Shown: positions 35,073 to 42,901 of the stretch, piece after piece | How the letters are laid out: each line of letters starts with the position of its first letter | Numbering within the stretch: the stretch's first letter is position 1 | From: an uncultured Candidatus Bathyarchaeia archaeon | GTDB taxonomy: Archaea; Thermoproteota; Bathyarchaeia; Bathyarchaeales; Bathycorpusculaceae | DNA: 42,901 nucleotides | Direction: 5' to 3' | NCBI GenBank assembly: GCA_964413045.1 | Contig: CAYPRE010000001.1 | Span: 1-42,901 of the forward strand | Notes under the pieces: model-generated | Told to the model about the DNA's origin: nothing | Database searches by the model: none | Seen by the model: the letters and a program-made list of their open reading frames with translations, nothing else | Program-made: the position numbers and the translations under genes

Positions 35073-37981
35073 TCTATGAAAATCGCTGGGCGATAAGGCT
35101 TCGCAAGCATGGCTCTAGCCTTGGGGTCGTAACGTTGCGTATTTTCTTCCTCGTAGACGTGGATTTCGGCGTTGATTTCTTTCTTGAAGAAGGCTGTGGC
35201 CTCGCTCAAGGCTTGAATTTCGTTCATGGTCCCAATCTGTATTATTCTCTGTTTTCGTTCATCAGACATACGGTTGATCTCTTCTACCGTCTGCGCGGTG
35301 AATTTCGCCACTTTCTCAGCTTTCATCTTCAAAGCGGTGTCTGTCATCAGTTCCTGCATTAAGTCTTTCTGCTGAATCTTCGCAGACACAGATTTCTCTA
35401 CTGCTTTCAGGTACGCTTTCCACTTCCACGGTGCAGCTACATAGTAGCATATTCTTTTTGGCTTTACACCCGTGGCTTTTGTAATGTTCAGGGTGTCTTC
35501 CAGTACGCCTATGATCAAGGTTTCATTTTCCTCTGCTCTTACGTTTTTTTTCGTAGCGTTCTCTTCGGGCCACCGCGCCAATGAAACAAAACCTTTTCCG
35601 CCGATCATTTCCCAAAGCTCCTCGCATATGTGTGGAGCAGCAGGAGCCAGCATTCGTATTTGAGCGTCTAAAACTTGACTGAACACGTAGGCTGTGGCAG
35701 CTTTCTGATTTCCTTTCTTGCCTGTTGCACGTCTTTGGTACCATTGGAAGTCCTGATCCAATTCATACAGAACGCTTTGTATTGCTTTTCGCGCTGCAAG
35801 TCTGTCCATAGCTTCGGTGGTTTTCTTTATGTACTCTTGCAGTCGACTGAGCATCCATCGGTCAATGTCTGTTAATGATTCTTCCGGAACCCTTTTTTGC
35901 GATGTCTTCTTGATTTTGGATGAGAATTCATAAAGCCGTTCCATTCTGTCACGCATTGCCATAGCTATCGTGGGACTGAAGTCGGCGTCTTGCAGCAACT
36001 CGGCTGTTGACAGAACACTAAGTCTTAGCGGGTCTGCTCCGAATTTGGCTAGAGCCTCACGCAATGGAATTATGTTTCCGAATGATTTGCTCATCTTGGC
36101 GCCTTCCATCAGTATTTGTCCGTTGGCGACGATCTGGCGTGGCCACAACTTTTCTGGGAATATAGCCGTGTGATTGAATATCATGAAAGTCAGATGATTG
36201 GGGATCAGTTCGCGACCGGAATGACGGCTGTCCAATGGATAGAAGTACTTGAATTCGTCCTGCATTTGTTGCAGGAGTTCTGCGGGCAAGCCAGATTTTC
36301 TGCTGATCTCGGTGACTTTTCCAACACCGAGAAATATGAAGTCGAAAGCTTCATCTGTTAACTGAGCGGGCTGAATCTTGTTTTGCTTAATGTGCTTCAC
36401 TATTGTGTAGTAGGCCATGTAGATCGTGGAGTCGGAAAGCGATTCAATGATCCAGTTTTTGTCCCATGGAAGTCGTGTGCCCATCCCGGATTTTCTGGCA
36501 CAAGCTTTTTCGTGTAACCAGTCGATGACATTGCTAAACTCTTGGCGCACTTCCGCGGGCAGTATTTCCATTTCGTCCAGATTCTTGTGAGCCAGCGCCT
36601 TCCATCCTGTCTTGCCATAGTCTATGAACCACTGATCTGAAACAATTTTGACGATGCACTCTGTTTTGCAGCGGCATAGCACGGGCCTGTTCAGCAACTC
36701 ATACATCGTTGTGGCATTGCCTTCAGAAATGAGATCCTGTTTGACCCTGTCCTTTGCCTCTGCCACTGACAAACCGAAGTATTTGTCCGTGTTCTGTTTC
36801 ATTTTGCCTTTGTGAAACTCGTGTCGGTACACTTCTTTTGTCGCGTCTTCCAACTTCGGATCTGACTCGCTTCTGATGTTCATCTTCTTAACTGCATCCC
36901 CAGCGGGAGCTTCTGAATATCCCGGCACCTCGATGATAGATATCGGCCTCACTGATTCTATTACTTCAGGGGTGAGGCCGCACTCTCCTAGTCGCTGAGG
37001 AGTTTTTCTGAGGTTTTCGAGGGCAACATAATCGTATGGAGCGTGACCTGGAACTGACATGACAACGCCTGTGGCGTTCTTCGGGTCGACAAAATCCGCT
37101 GGCAGAATAGGGATCTTGCTTCCCGTTGCAGGATTTTCGACGTATTTTCCTATGAGGTCCTTTCCTTCGAAAGTTTCCAGAACATTGACTTTTCGGTTCT
37201 GATGAATCAGTTTTTCCACGCTTTCTTTGCTGATGATCCAGCGTTCACCGTCAACGGTGGCTTTTACGTATTTGGTTTTGGGGTTTAGCCAGATGTTCGT
37301 CACTCCGAATACTGTCTCAGGACGCAACGTTGCCGCTGGAAAAACGAAATTGTCCTGTCTGAATTCTATCAAGGTGAATTCGCCTATTTCCGGTTCCACG
37401 TCGCCCGCCGTGTCGTGCTGACCAACAGGATTTCCGTCTCTAGGACACCAGCCTACAGGATGACTGCCCCGACTTATGTATCCACGTTGACGCAATTTTT
37501 GGAATTGCCACTCTATGAAACGGTTGTAACACGGGTCGGTGGTAGTGAATTCGCGTCTCCAGTCTATCGAGTAGCCTATTTCTTTCATTCCGCTCTTGAT
37601 TTCTTGATGGAAATAGTGCGCCATGGCAATGGGTTCTGTGAGTTCTTTCAGTTTTTCCTTTGGGATTTTGTAGACCTTAGTGAAGTCGTTAATCAGGCCC
37701 TCGTCATTGTCTGCAAGTCGCTTAGCCATCGCTAGGACTGGTGTACCTGTATAGTGAAACGCCATTGGCAGGAGAACGTTGTAGCCTCGCATGCGCATGT
37801 ACCGTGCGTGCATGTCTGCCAGTGTGTAGGTTCTGCCGTGGCCAATATGCTGCGGAGAGTTAGGATATGGATAGGCTACAGTTATGAACCACTTAGGTTT
37901 CGCTGGATTGGGATCTGCGTTGAAGATTTTGGCGTTTTCCCATTTTTTCTGCCATTTTGTCTCGATTTTCAAAAATTCCAT
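35069..37981 (-). CDS. leuS: Leucyl-tRNA synthetase
   Basis: 970 aa with class I HIGH (PQHIGHGRTY) and KMSKS (KMSKSFGN) motifs, a CP1 editing domain, and archaeal-type length. Confidence 0.95.
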   Translation of the reverse strand: MEFLKIETKWQKKWENAKIFNADPNPAKPKWFITVAYPYPNSPQHIGHGRTYTLADMHARYMRMRGYNVLLPMAFHYTGTPVLAMAKRLADNDEGLINDFTKVYKIPKEKLKELTEPIAMAHYFHQEIKSGMKEIGYSIDWRREFTTTDPCYNRFIEWQFQKLRQRGYISRGSHPVGWCPRDGNPVGQHDTAGDVEPEIGEFTLIEFRQDNFVFPAATLRPETVFGVTNIWLNPKTKYVKATVDGERWIISKESVEKLIHQNRKVNVLETFEGKDLIGKYVENPATGSKIPILPADFVDPKNATGVVMSVPGHAPYDYVALENLRKTPQRLGECGLTPEVIESVRPISIIEVPGYSEAPAGDAVKKMNIRSESDPKLEDATKEVYRHEFHKGKMKQNTDKYFGLSVAEAKDRVKQDLISEGNATTMYELLNRPVLCRCKTECIVKIVSDQWFIDYGKTGWKALAHKNLDEMEILPAEVRQEFSNVIDWLHEKACARKSGMGTRLPWDKNWIIESLSDSTIYMAYYTIVKHIKQNKIQPAQLTDEAFDFIFLGVGKVTEISRKSGLPAELLQQMQDEFKYFYPLDSRHSGRELIPNHLTFMIFNHTAIFPEKLWPRQIVANGQILMEGAKMSKSFGNIIPLREALAKFGADPLRLSVLSTAELLQDADFSPTIAMAMRDRMERLYEFSSKIKKTSQKRVPEESLTDIDRWMLSRLQEYIKKTTEAMDRLAARKAIQSVLYELDQDFQWYQRRATGKKGNQKAATAYVFSQVLDAQIRMLAPAAPHICEELWEMIGGKGFVSLARWPEENATKKNVRAEENETLIIGVLEDTLNITKATGVKPKRICYYVAAPWKWKAYLKAVEKSVSAKIQQKDLMQELMTDTALKMKAEKVAKFTAQTVEEINRMSDERKQRIIQIGTMNEIQALSEATAFFKKEINAEIHVYEEENTQRYDPKARAMLAKPYRPAIFIE

Positions 37982-38007
37982 GGAACTTGCTGAATTGGTC
38001 CGAGGGG

Positions 38008-38016
38008 TATTAAAGG
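38008..38016 (-). promoter_or_regulatory. TATA-like box for leuS (near-leaderless)
   Basis: The minus strand reads CCTTTAATA, centred about 31 nt upstream of ATG 37981. Confidence 0.3.
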
Positions 38017-38195
38017 TTTTGTTTTCACGAACAGAGAACGCTATCCCTCATTCTTGGCACCGTACACTAATCTGCCAAACCCGGATTAATCTCTTGCGCT
38101 TCCTACCGACTGAAATCTGCCCTTTTTTGAATTTGGCAGGCATTCTGGTAAGAATAGCTTCTACTTGACAAGGTGGGGTTTGGCGAAGAGGCAGA

Positions 38196-40988
38196 TCAAT
38201 TCATCAGTTGTCGTCTAAGTGTTTCTTTGGCCTTCTTGACTGCTTCGGTCAGTTTATCGACCTCGGTGCCTCCACCCTGAGCGAAGTTTGGCTTTCCCCC
38301 TCCGCCTCCGCCCATTATCTTCGAGGCTTCTTTCACTATTTCCCCAGCGTTGGCACCTTTCTCCACGGCGACCTTGCCCGCCATTACCATGACTCTCGCG
38401 TTTTTTTCTTCTACTCCGTAGAAGACTGTCACCGTAGCTTCGTCTCTTTTGATTATTTCGTTTGCTGTTTGAACCATGCGGTCAATGTCCGTCGATTTTT
38501 GGAAATCACGTTCTACCACCCTTACACCGTTTATCTCTTCTGCTTGCTCCTCGGTTTTTGCCCCTAGCACAGTGCTTTCTTTTGCGGCTAGTTCCTTGAT
38601 GAGTTTCTTTCTTTCAACGTTTCCTTCCTTCAACTCTCTGACAAGCTTTTCTGCAGTTTTGTTCAGTTTCTCGATCGGAGCATTCAGAGTTGCAGAAAGC
38701 TTTACGAGCAACTGTTCGTTCTTTTGCACTGCTCTGACCGCAGGAAGCCCGATTGAGTATACGAGTCTTTCGACGCCATCTTGGACTCTTTCTGAATGGA
38801 CCATCTTGATGAAGCCAATTTCGATCGTGCTCTTCAGGTGCGTTCCTGCACATGCTTCAACGTCCCAGTCTCCTGCTTTGACAACACGTATTTCCTTGCC
38901 TGGAACGGCTCCGCCTTGGTAGAGTCTGTAACCGTAGAGGCTTTCAGCTTCCGTTCTGGGCATCCATGTTGTCGTGACCTGTATGTTTCCCAAGACGGCT
39001 TCGTTTGCTAAGGTCTCGATATTTTGCAGTTCGTCTAGTGTGATTCTGCGGTAGTGTGAAATGTCGAGTCTAGAAGTTGTAACCCCTTTTTGGGTTCCAA
39101 ACTGCCAAACATGTTGGCCCAGAACGCGTCTGGCTGCTCCGCCAACTACGTGGGTGGCTGTGTGGTTCTTCATCAGAGCGTAGCGTTTGTCCCAATTTAT
39201 TGTTCCCCTAATCTGAGTGCCTTCTTTGGGTACGGGGCCGTTGAGTTTGTGAACGATTACTCTGCCAATTTTCTGAACATCTATAACCTCGGCTTTTTTG
39301 CTGTCGAACATGATGAGTCCGTTATCTGCTGGTTGTCCTCCGCCTTCGGGGAAGAAGCATGTTTTGTCGAGGGCAACGTATTCTTTGTTTATCACTTTTT
39401 GAACTGTGGCTCCAAACTGTCTCAGGTACTGGTCTTGGTAATAGAGCGGTTCGGTTGGGGGAAGATCTGAGACTGCCGTTTCCAATTCTCGTTTTGTTTC
39501 AGCCACTTCCTCAATAGGCTTAGATACTTGCATATGTCTTTGGGCAATTAAGGCGTAGAAATTGTCTGGGACGTCGACTTTCAAGGCTTCCTTTTCAGCG
39601 GCTTGCATAACGATTTCTGGCGGCAGCCCATGGGAGTCGTACAGTTCAATCAGTGTCTCGGTTGGGATGTGCTCCTTTCCTTGGGCCTTGAGTTCGCTGG
39701 AAATGCGTTTCACCATCCCTTCTCCTCGTTTGATCGTGTCTTCGAACTTTTCTTCTTCGACTTTGAGCATTTCCAGAATTTCGCTTCGCATTTCCTCCAA
39801 GTGTGGGAAGTCTTTTGACCATAAGTCTATCTGCATGTTCATTATGTCGTAGAGCTTGTCTTCTATGTTGAGCATTCTGAGCAACCTGTATGTCCTGCGG
39901 AAGATCAGTCGTGCCAGGTAGCCTTCCTGTATGTTTGAGGGAACCACGCCTTCAGAAAGTATGAAGCTGAGGCATTTTGTGTGGTCGGCAACTGCAAAGG
40001 CGTTTTCGATTGGAATGAGAAAATTGTCCAGTTCCTTTACGCTTATTCCGACCAGCTGCGCTTCTTTTTTTCTGGTCTCGATTCTGCTTGCCATTTTGTC
40101 TAAACTCACGAGTCCAGAGACTGCTGCGACCCTGTTGAGCAAGTTTTCGTCAATCTTGGTTATGCCGGCCATTCTGAAAATCTTCAAGAGCAGGTCGCCG
40201 TATATTGCGTGGAAACCGCTTGGTACCCCTTGAGAAAGCCAGGCGTACCTGTCGATACCATAGCCAGTGTCTACGGTGCGAATTGGGAGTTTTATGAATT
40301 TGTCGTTCACTACTTTGTACTGCATAAAAACGAGCGTGGCAACCTCTAGGCCTCGGATGATGCATTCTACGTCTGGCCCAGCGTTTCCTCCGCCGACCCA
40401 CACTCCTTCCTTGTAGATGATTTCGTCTGATTTTACGCCTAAGTCTTTTGTGACCCATTCCTGATGATATCTGACCGTTTGATCTTTCCAGTAGACTTCC
40501 TTGTCTGGGTAGTTGAAGGCGTGAGCTCCGCCCATTTCGAAGATTGTGAAGTGTCTGCCGAATGTGGGTCCTGTGTTTGCTATGTCTACCATTCGGATGC
40601 ACGGCTGGGAGATTACGAGTGGGTTTGCGGGTGGGGGAGTGATGCCTTCAGTTACGTATGGTTGAAAATCGATTATACTCGCATGTGTCAAATAGATGTC
40701 TTCTCTCCATCTGGCCACAACAGGGTAGGGTTTTATCCGAGTGTGACCGTGCTTTTCAAAGAATGAAAGAAATGCCTCGCGTGCCTCGCCCAGAGTGTAC
40801 CTTCTTTTCGTGGGCGGGTTCTTTATGAAAGTATAAGAAGAACAGCCTTCTGACGTTGCCTCTCCGCACGTTTCCTGTTTTTCGTTCTGTGTCCAGTAGA
40901 ATTCGCGACATTTCGGACATAGTCTTCTGACGTAACCTGATTGTTTAAAAAAAGGAAGGTTATACTCTTGTTCTGGGAATTTTTCCAA
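38196..40988 (-). CDS. alaS: Alanyl-tRNA synthetase
   Basis: 930 aa with the archaeal N-terminus LPFFKQSGYVRRLCPKCREFYWT, FEMGGAHAFN, the editing-domain HxxxH (HTATHV) and a C-terminal GGGGGKPNFAQGGG. TTG 40988 is the only possible start, because an in-frame TGA sits at 40994-40992 and there is no ATG or GTG before the conserved region. Confidence 0.95.
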   Translation of the reverse strand: MEKFPEQEYNLPFFKQSGYVRRLCPKCREFYWTQNEKQETCGEATSEGCSSYTFIKNPPTKRRYTLGEAREAFLSFFEKHGHTRIKPYPVVARWREDIYLTHASIIDFQPYVTEGITPPPANPLVISQPCIRMVDIANTGPTFGRHFTIFEMGGAHAFNYPDKEVYWKDQTVRYHQEWVTKDLGVKSDEIIYKEGVWVGGGNAGPDVECIIRGLEVATLVFMQYKVVNDKFIKLPIRTVDTGYGIDRYAWLSQGVPSGFHAIYGDLLLKIFRMAGITKIDENLLNRVAAVSGLVSLDKMASRIETRKKEAQLVGISVKELDNFLIPIENAFAVADHTKCLSFILSEGVVPSNIQEGYLARLIFRRTYRLLRMLNIEDKLYDIMNMQIDLWSKDFPHLEEMRSEILEMLKVEEEKFEDTIKRGEGMVKRISSELKAQGKEHIPTETLIELYDSHGLPPEIVMQAAEKEALKVDVPDNFYALIAQRHMQVSKPIEEVAETKRELETAVSDLPPTEPLYYQDQYLRQFGATVQKVINKEYVALDKTCFFPEGGGQPADNGLIMFDSKKAEVIDVQKIGRVIVHKLNGPVPKEGTQIRGTINWDKRYALMKNHTATHVVGGAARRVLGQHVWQFGTQKGVTTSRLDISHYRRITLDELQNIETLANEAVLGNIQVTTTWMPRTEAESLYGYRLYQGGAVPGKEIRVVKAGDWDVEACAGTHLKSTIEIGFIKMVHSERVQDGVERLVYSIGLPAVRAVQKNEQLLVKLSATLNAPIEKLNKTAEKLVRELKEGNVERKKLIKELAAKESTVLGAKTEEQAEEINGVRVVERDFQKSTDIDRMVQTANEIIKRDEATVTVFYGVEEKNARVMVMAGKVAVEKGANAGEIVKEASKIMGGGGGGKPNFAQGGGTEVDKLTEAVKKAKETLRRQLMN

Positions 40989-41066
40989 GTCTCAGACACT
41001 CCAACAGTCAGAAACGAAATGGATTTTTCAAAAGGTTAACGAAGCACGAACATTTAAACTATTTCG

Positions 41067-41522
41067 CTATTCATCGGTGTACGAAGGTTCTTCTTCGTCG
41101 CTGCCTTCCCATATTGCGGCAATCCATCTGGCCATGTATCCGTCGATAAAGGCGTAGACCACGAACAGGACAATCGTTGTCGTCAGACTTGGATAATAGA
41201 GCGATACTAGTAGAGAGGGAATACCAGCGAGTACTAGGATGATTGAGAGGAGAAGACCGTGGCCTAAGATGCTTTGCCAGTTTTCCCTAATCGAGACGCC
41301 CCATATAGTCTCTGTTAGAACAATGTTAAGTCCACCCACTATGAAGAAGAGCAGAACTATACCAATTATCAAGCCTATGACATAGCCGGCTATTACCAGG
41401 AATCCAGCGACGAATGCCCACAAGAACACTAGCAGTGCGAGCAACAAAGAGAACGCGATTCCATGCAGGAAGTACCTGCCCACCTGAGATGATAATGAAT
41501 AGGAGACCTCGTCTTCTTCCAC
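41067..41522 (-). CDS. Membrane protein of unknown function (4 TM helices, acidic termini)
   Basis: 151-aa ORF with four long hydrophobic segments, ending in the acidic tail EGSDEEEPSYTDE. Confidence 0.5.
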   Translation of the reverse strand: MEEDEVSYSLSSQVGRYFLHGIAFSLLLALLVFLWAFVAGFLVIAGYVIGLIIGIVLLFFIVGGLNIVLTETIWGVSIRENWQSILGHGLLLSIILVLAGIPSLLVSLYYPSLTTTIVLFVVYAFIDGYMARWIAAIWEGSDEEEPSYTDE

Positions 41523-41665
41523 TAGTGACCCTCACAGCGCTGTTTGAATTTCAACTATTAATTGTTTCTGCTCAAACAATGGTCAGTCGCGAGTTTCTAG
41601 CGTCGCAAGTTTGATTTAGATGCGTTCTGAATATTGACTTGATTCGAATTGCTTGGAGGTGAAAA

Positions 41666-41920
41666 ATGATGGACGTTGTTGATATTTACTTGCTGAACCT
41701 TTTCCTGACGTTGGGCATGTTCGCCGTCTTGATGTTTCGGGCTTGGCTTGAATTAAAGAATTATCGGCTGATGTGGAAAGAAATGGAATTGCAGCAGACC
41801 TATAGGACGATGGGCCGATTACTGAAGGCTGAAAAGGATTTGTTCTCAAAAGTCGAAGGAGGAGACGAACTGTACCGCATGCTCTGCGAAATCTTCGCGG
41901 TAAGCGGCGAAGAAACCTAA
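41666..41920 (+). CDS. 84-aa protein with one N-terminal TM helix and a helical C-terminus, unknown function
   Basis: GGAGGTGA, then a 4-nt spacer, then ATGATG at 41666. The sequence reads MMDVVDIYLLNLFLTLGMFAVLMF.... Its stop overlaps the convergent tiaS stop by 4 nt. Confidence 0.5.
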   Translation: MMDVVDIYLLNLFLTLGMFAVLMFRAWLELKNYRLMWKEMELQQTYRTMGRLLKAEKDLFSKVEGGDELYRMLCEIFAVSGEET

Positions 41921-42901
41921 GAATGCCAACCTTCAATCATCCCTTCTTCTGGACCTTGCGGTTTTTCCATCCCATAACGGATTAAGGGCTTCGTCAAATG
42001 TCTCTGGGACCTTGTTGAGGTGACGTAAAAGCCTTCTTGTATGTCTCGGTTTAACGTAGTTTCTATTTTTGAAATGTTCCTGCTTTTGAACCCGCATTTT
42101 TCACATCTGAAGCCCTGATTTTTTCCCATAGATTTGAGCCGTTTGCCACAGTTGGGACATCTAGGGTTTTGGAAGGCAACTTTTCGTGCGAGTTTTAGCA
42201 CGCGGATTTTCTCAAGGTTTATCGTGAAAGGTCTGGACTGGAAAGAACCTTTGGCTGCACCATAGACTTCGACTTCGTCTCCGATGGTCAGTTTTTGTGC
42301 GGCAAGACGCAGGTTGCCTGTGGGTTCGTATGCTGCGCAGTCTACTTCAGCAGTTTCGTCGTCTATGGAGAAAATAACGTGTCTTCTAGGAACTATTCGT
42401 GGATTCGCCGACACGTCTCCCTTGGCTATTATAGAACTGTATGCTGTCATCTGGTCAAGTGTCGTTATTCTCTTGAGATGCGCGTCAGTTCCCTGATTTG
42501 TGCGGAATGTTACCCATCTTTCAACAAGCTCCAAGGGTTCGACTATGGTGAAAGCTTTTTTTACGATTTCAGGTGTTTCGCCGCGGATTCCGTAGAGAAT
42601 GGGGTCGGGACCGCGGGGGGTGATGACGACTCGGTTTTTTTCGATGTCAACGTTGTTGAAGGTGTAGGGAGCTGTTTCTTTGTCCATCCGGAATATCGAA
42701 GCTTCGTTCACTCTTCGTTTTGTGCCGCAGTTCTCTGGAGTTCGGTAAGCGAGTATTTCGTACGTGTAGTCTTCTTGGAGAGTTTCTCCTACCGCTGCTA
42801 AGGCTCCAATGATCCCTCTGCCATTTTTGAAGCCCAGTGCTTCTGTCTCGAATTGAGACAACAGCTTTAGAGCTTCTTTGAGTTTCACGACGCCTGTTAT
42901 G
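41917..42901 (-). CDS. tiaS: tRNA(Ile2) 2-agmatinylcytidine synthetase TiaS; 5' end lies beyond the window
   Basis: GRGIIGALAAVG, PILYGIRGE, an OB-fold region, and the C-terminal Zn ribbon NPRCPNCGKRLKSMGKNQGFRCEKCG followed by RHLTKPLIRY all match archaeal TiaS. The frame stays open upstream of the track's GTG 42888 to the window edge, so about 100 N-terminal residues are missing. Confidence 0.8.
   Translation of the reverse strand, partial: ITGVVKLKEALKLLSQFETEALGFKNGRGIIGALAAVGETLQEDYTYEILAYRTPENCGTKRRVNEASIFRMDKETAPYTFNNVDIEKNRVVITPRGPDPILYGIRGETPEIVKKAFTIVEPLELVERWVTFRTNQGTDAHLKRITTLDQMTAYSSIIAKGDVSANPRIVPRRHVIFSIDDETAEVDCAAYEPTGNLRLAAQKLTIGDEVEVYGAAKGSFQSRPFTINLEKIRVLKLARKVAFQNPRCPNCGKRLKSMGKNQGFRCEKCGFKSRNISKIETTLNRDIQEGFYVTSTRSQRHLTKPLIRYGMEKPQGPEEGMIEGWHS

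Noticed and set aside
40150-40602. 150-aa Arg-rich ORF in an alternative frame on the same strand inside alaS
   Set aside because: It is embedded in the most conserved part of AlaRS. Its composition (RRRKRWARRRMHHPRPRG) is typical of an off-frame read, and it has no SD.
41616-41936. 106-aa Arg-rich minus-strand ORF overlapping the 84-aa gene and the tiaS 3' end
   Set aside because: It is antisense to an SD-led ORF with a clear TM helix. It starts inside tiaS in another frame, and its basic low-complexity composition is typical of spurious frames.

Overview
This window is archaeal chromosomal core sequence. By gene content it looks TACK/Thermoproteota- or Bathyarchaeia-like, but that placement is inference. 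It is densely packed on both strands with about 38 protein genes and one tRNA. I saw no rRNA, CRISPR array, transposase or integrase, toxin-antitoxin pair or recognisable defence island.

Gene content:
- DNA transactions: Topo VI-B (partial, missing from the ORF track), topo IA, family-B DNA polymerase, endonuclease III, XPD, RadB.
- Translation and tRNA biology: ABCE1, HisRS, LeuRS, AlaRS, TiaS (partial), Sua5, Cgi121, a THUMP protein, an EndA-family subunit, Clp1 kinase, and a QueT-like transporter.
- Histidine degradation: ftcD-hutI-hutU.
- N-glycosylation: the aglB-aglH pair.
- Other: CDP-archaeol synthase, GcvT, MtnA, a UbiD-family decarboxylase, and several small or membrane proteins of unknown function.

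Observations most worth follow-up:
1. The XPD helicase ORF is broken at a CUU-UGA site that can only be repaired by a +1 shift, the same core as RF2-type frameshift sites.
2. tRNA-Arg(UCU) carries two 17-nt introns, one at a non-canonical D-loop position with a clean bulge-helix-bulge fold.
3. The EndA-family protein contains no histidine at all, so it is probably the structural subunit of a heteromeric splicing endonuclease.
4. A Shine-Dalgarno-led 24-codon ORF encodes an extremely acidic two-repeat peptide and has its own terminator-like hairpin.
5. A 123-aa PAC4-like (proteasome assembly chaperone 4) gene is translationally coupled to the UbiD-family gene.

All functional calls come from by-eye motif recognition. 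No database search was run.
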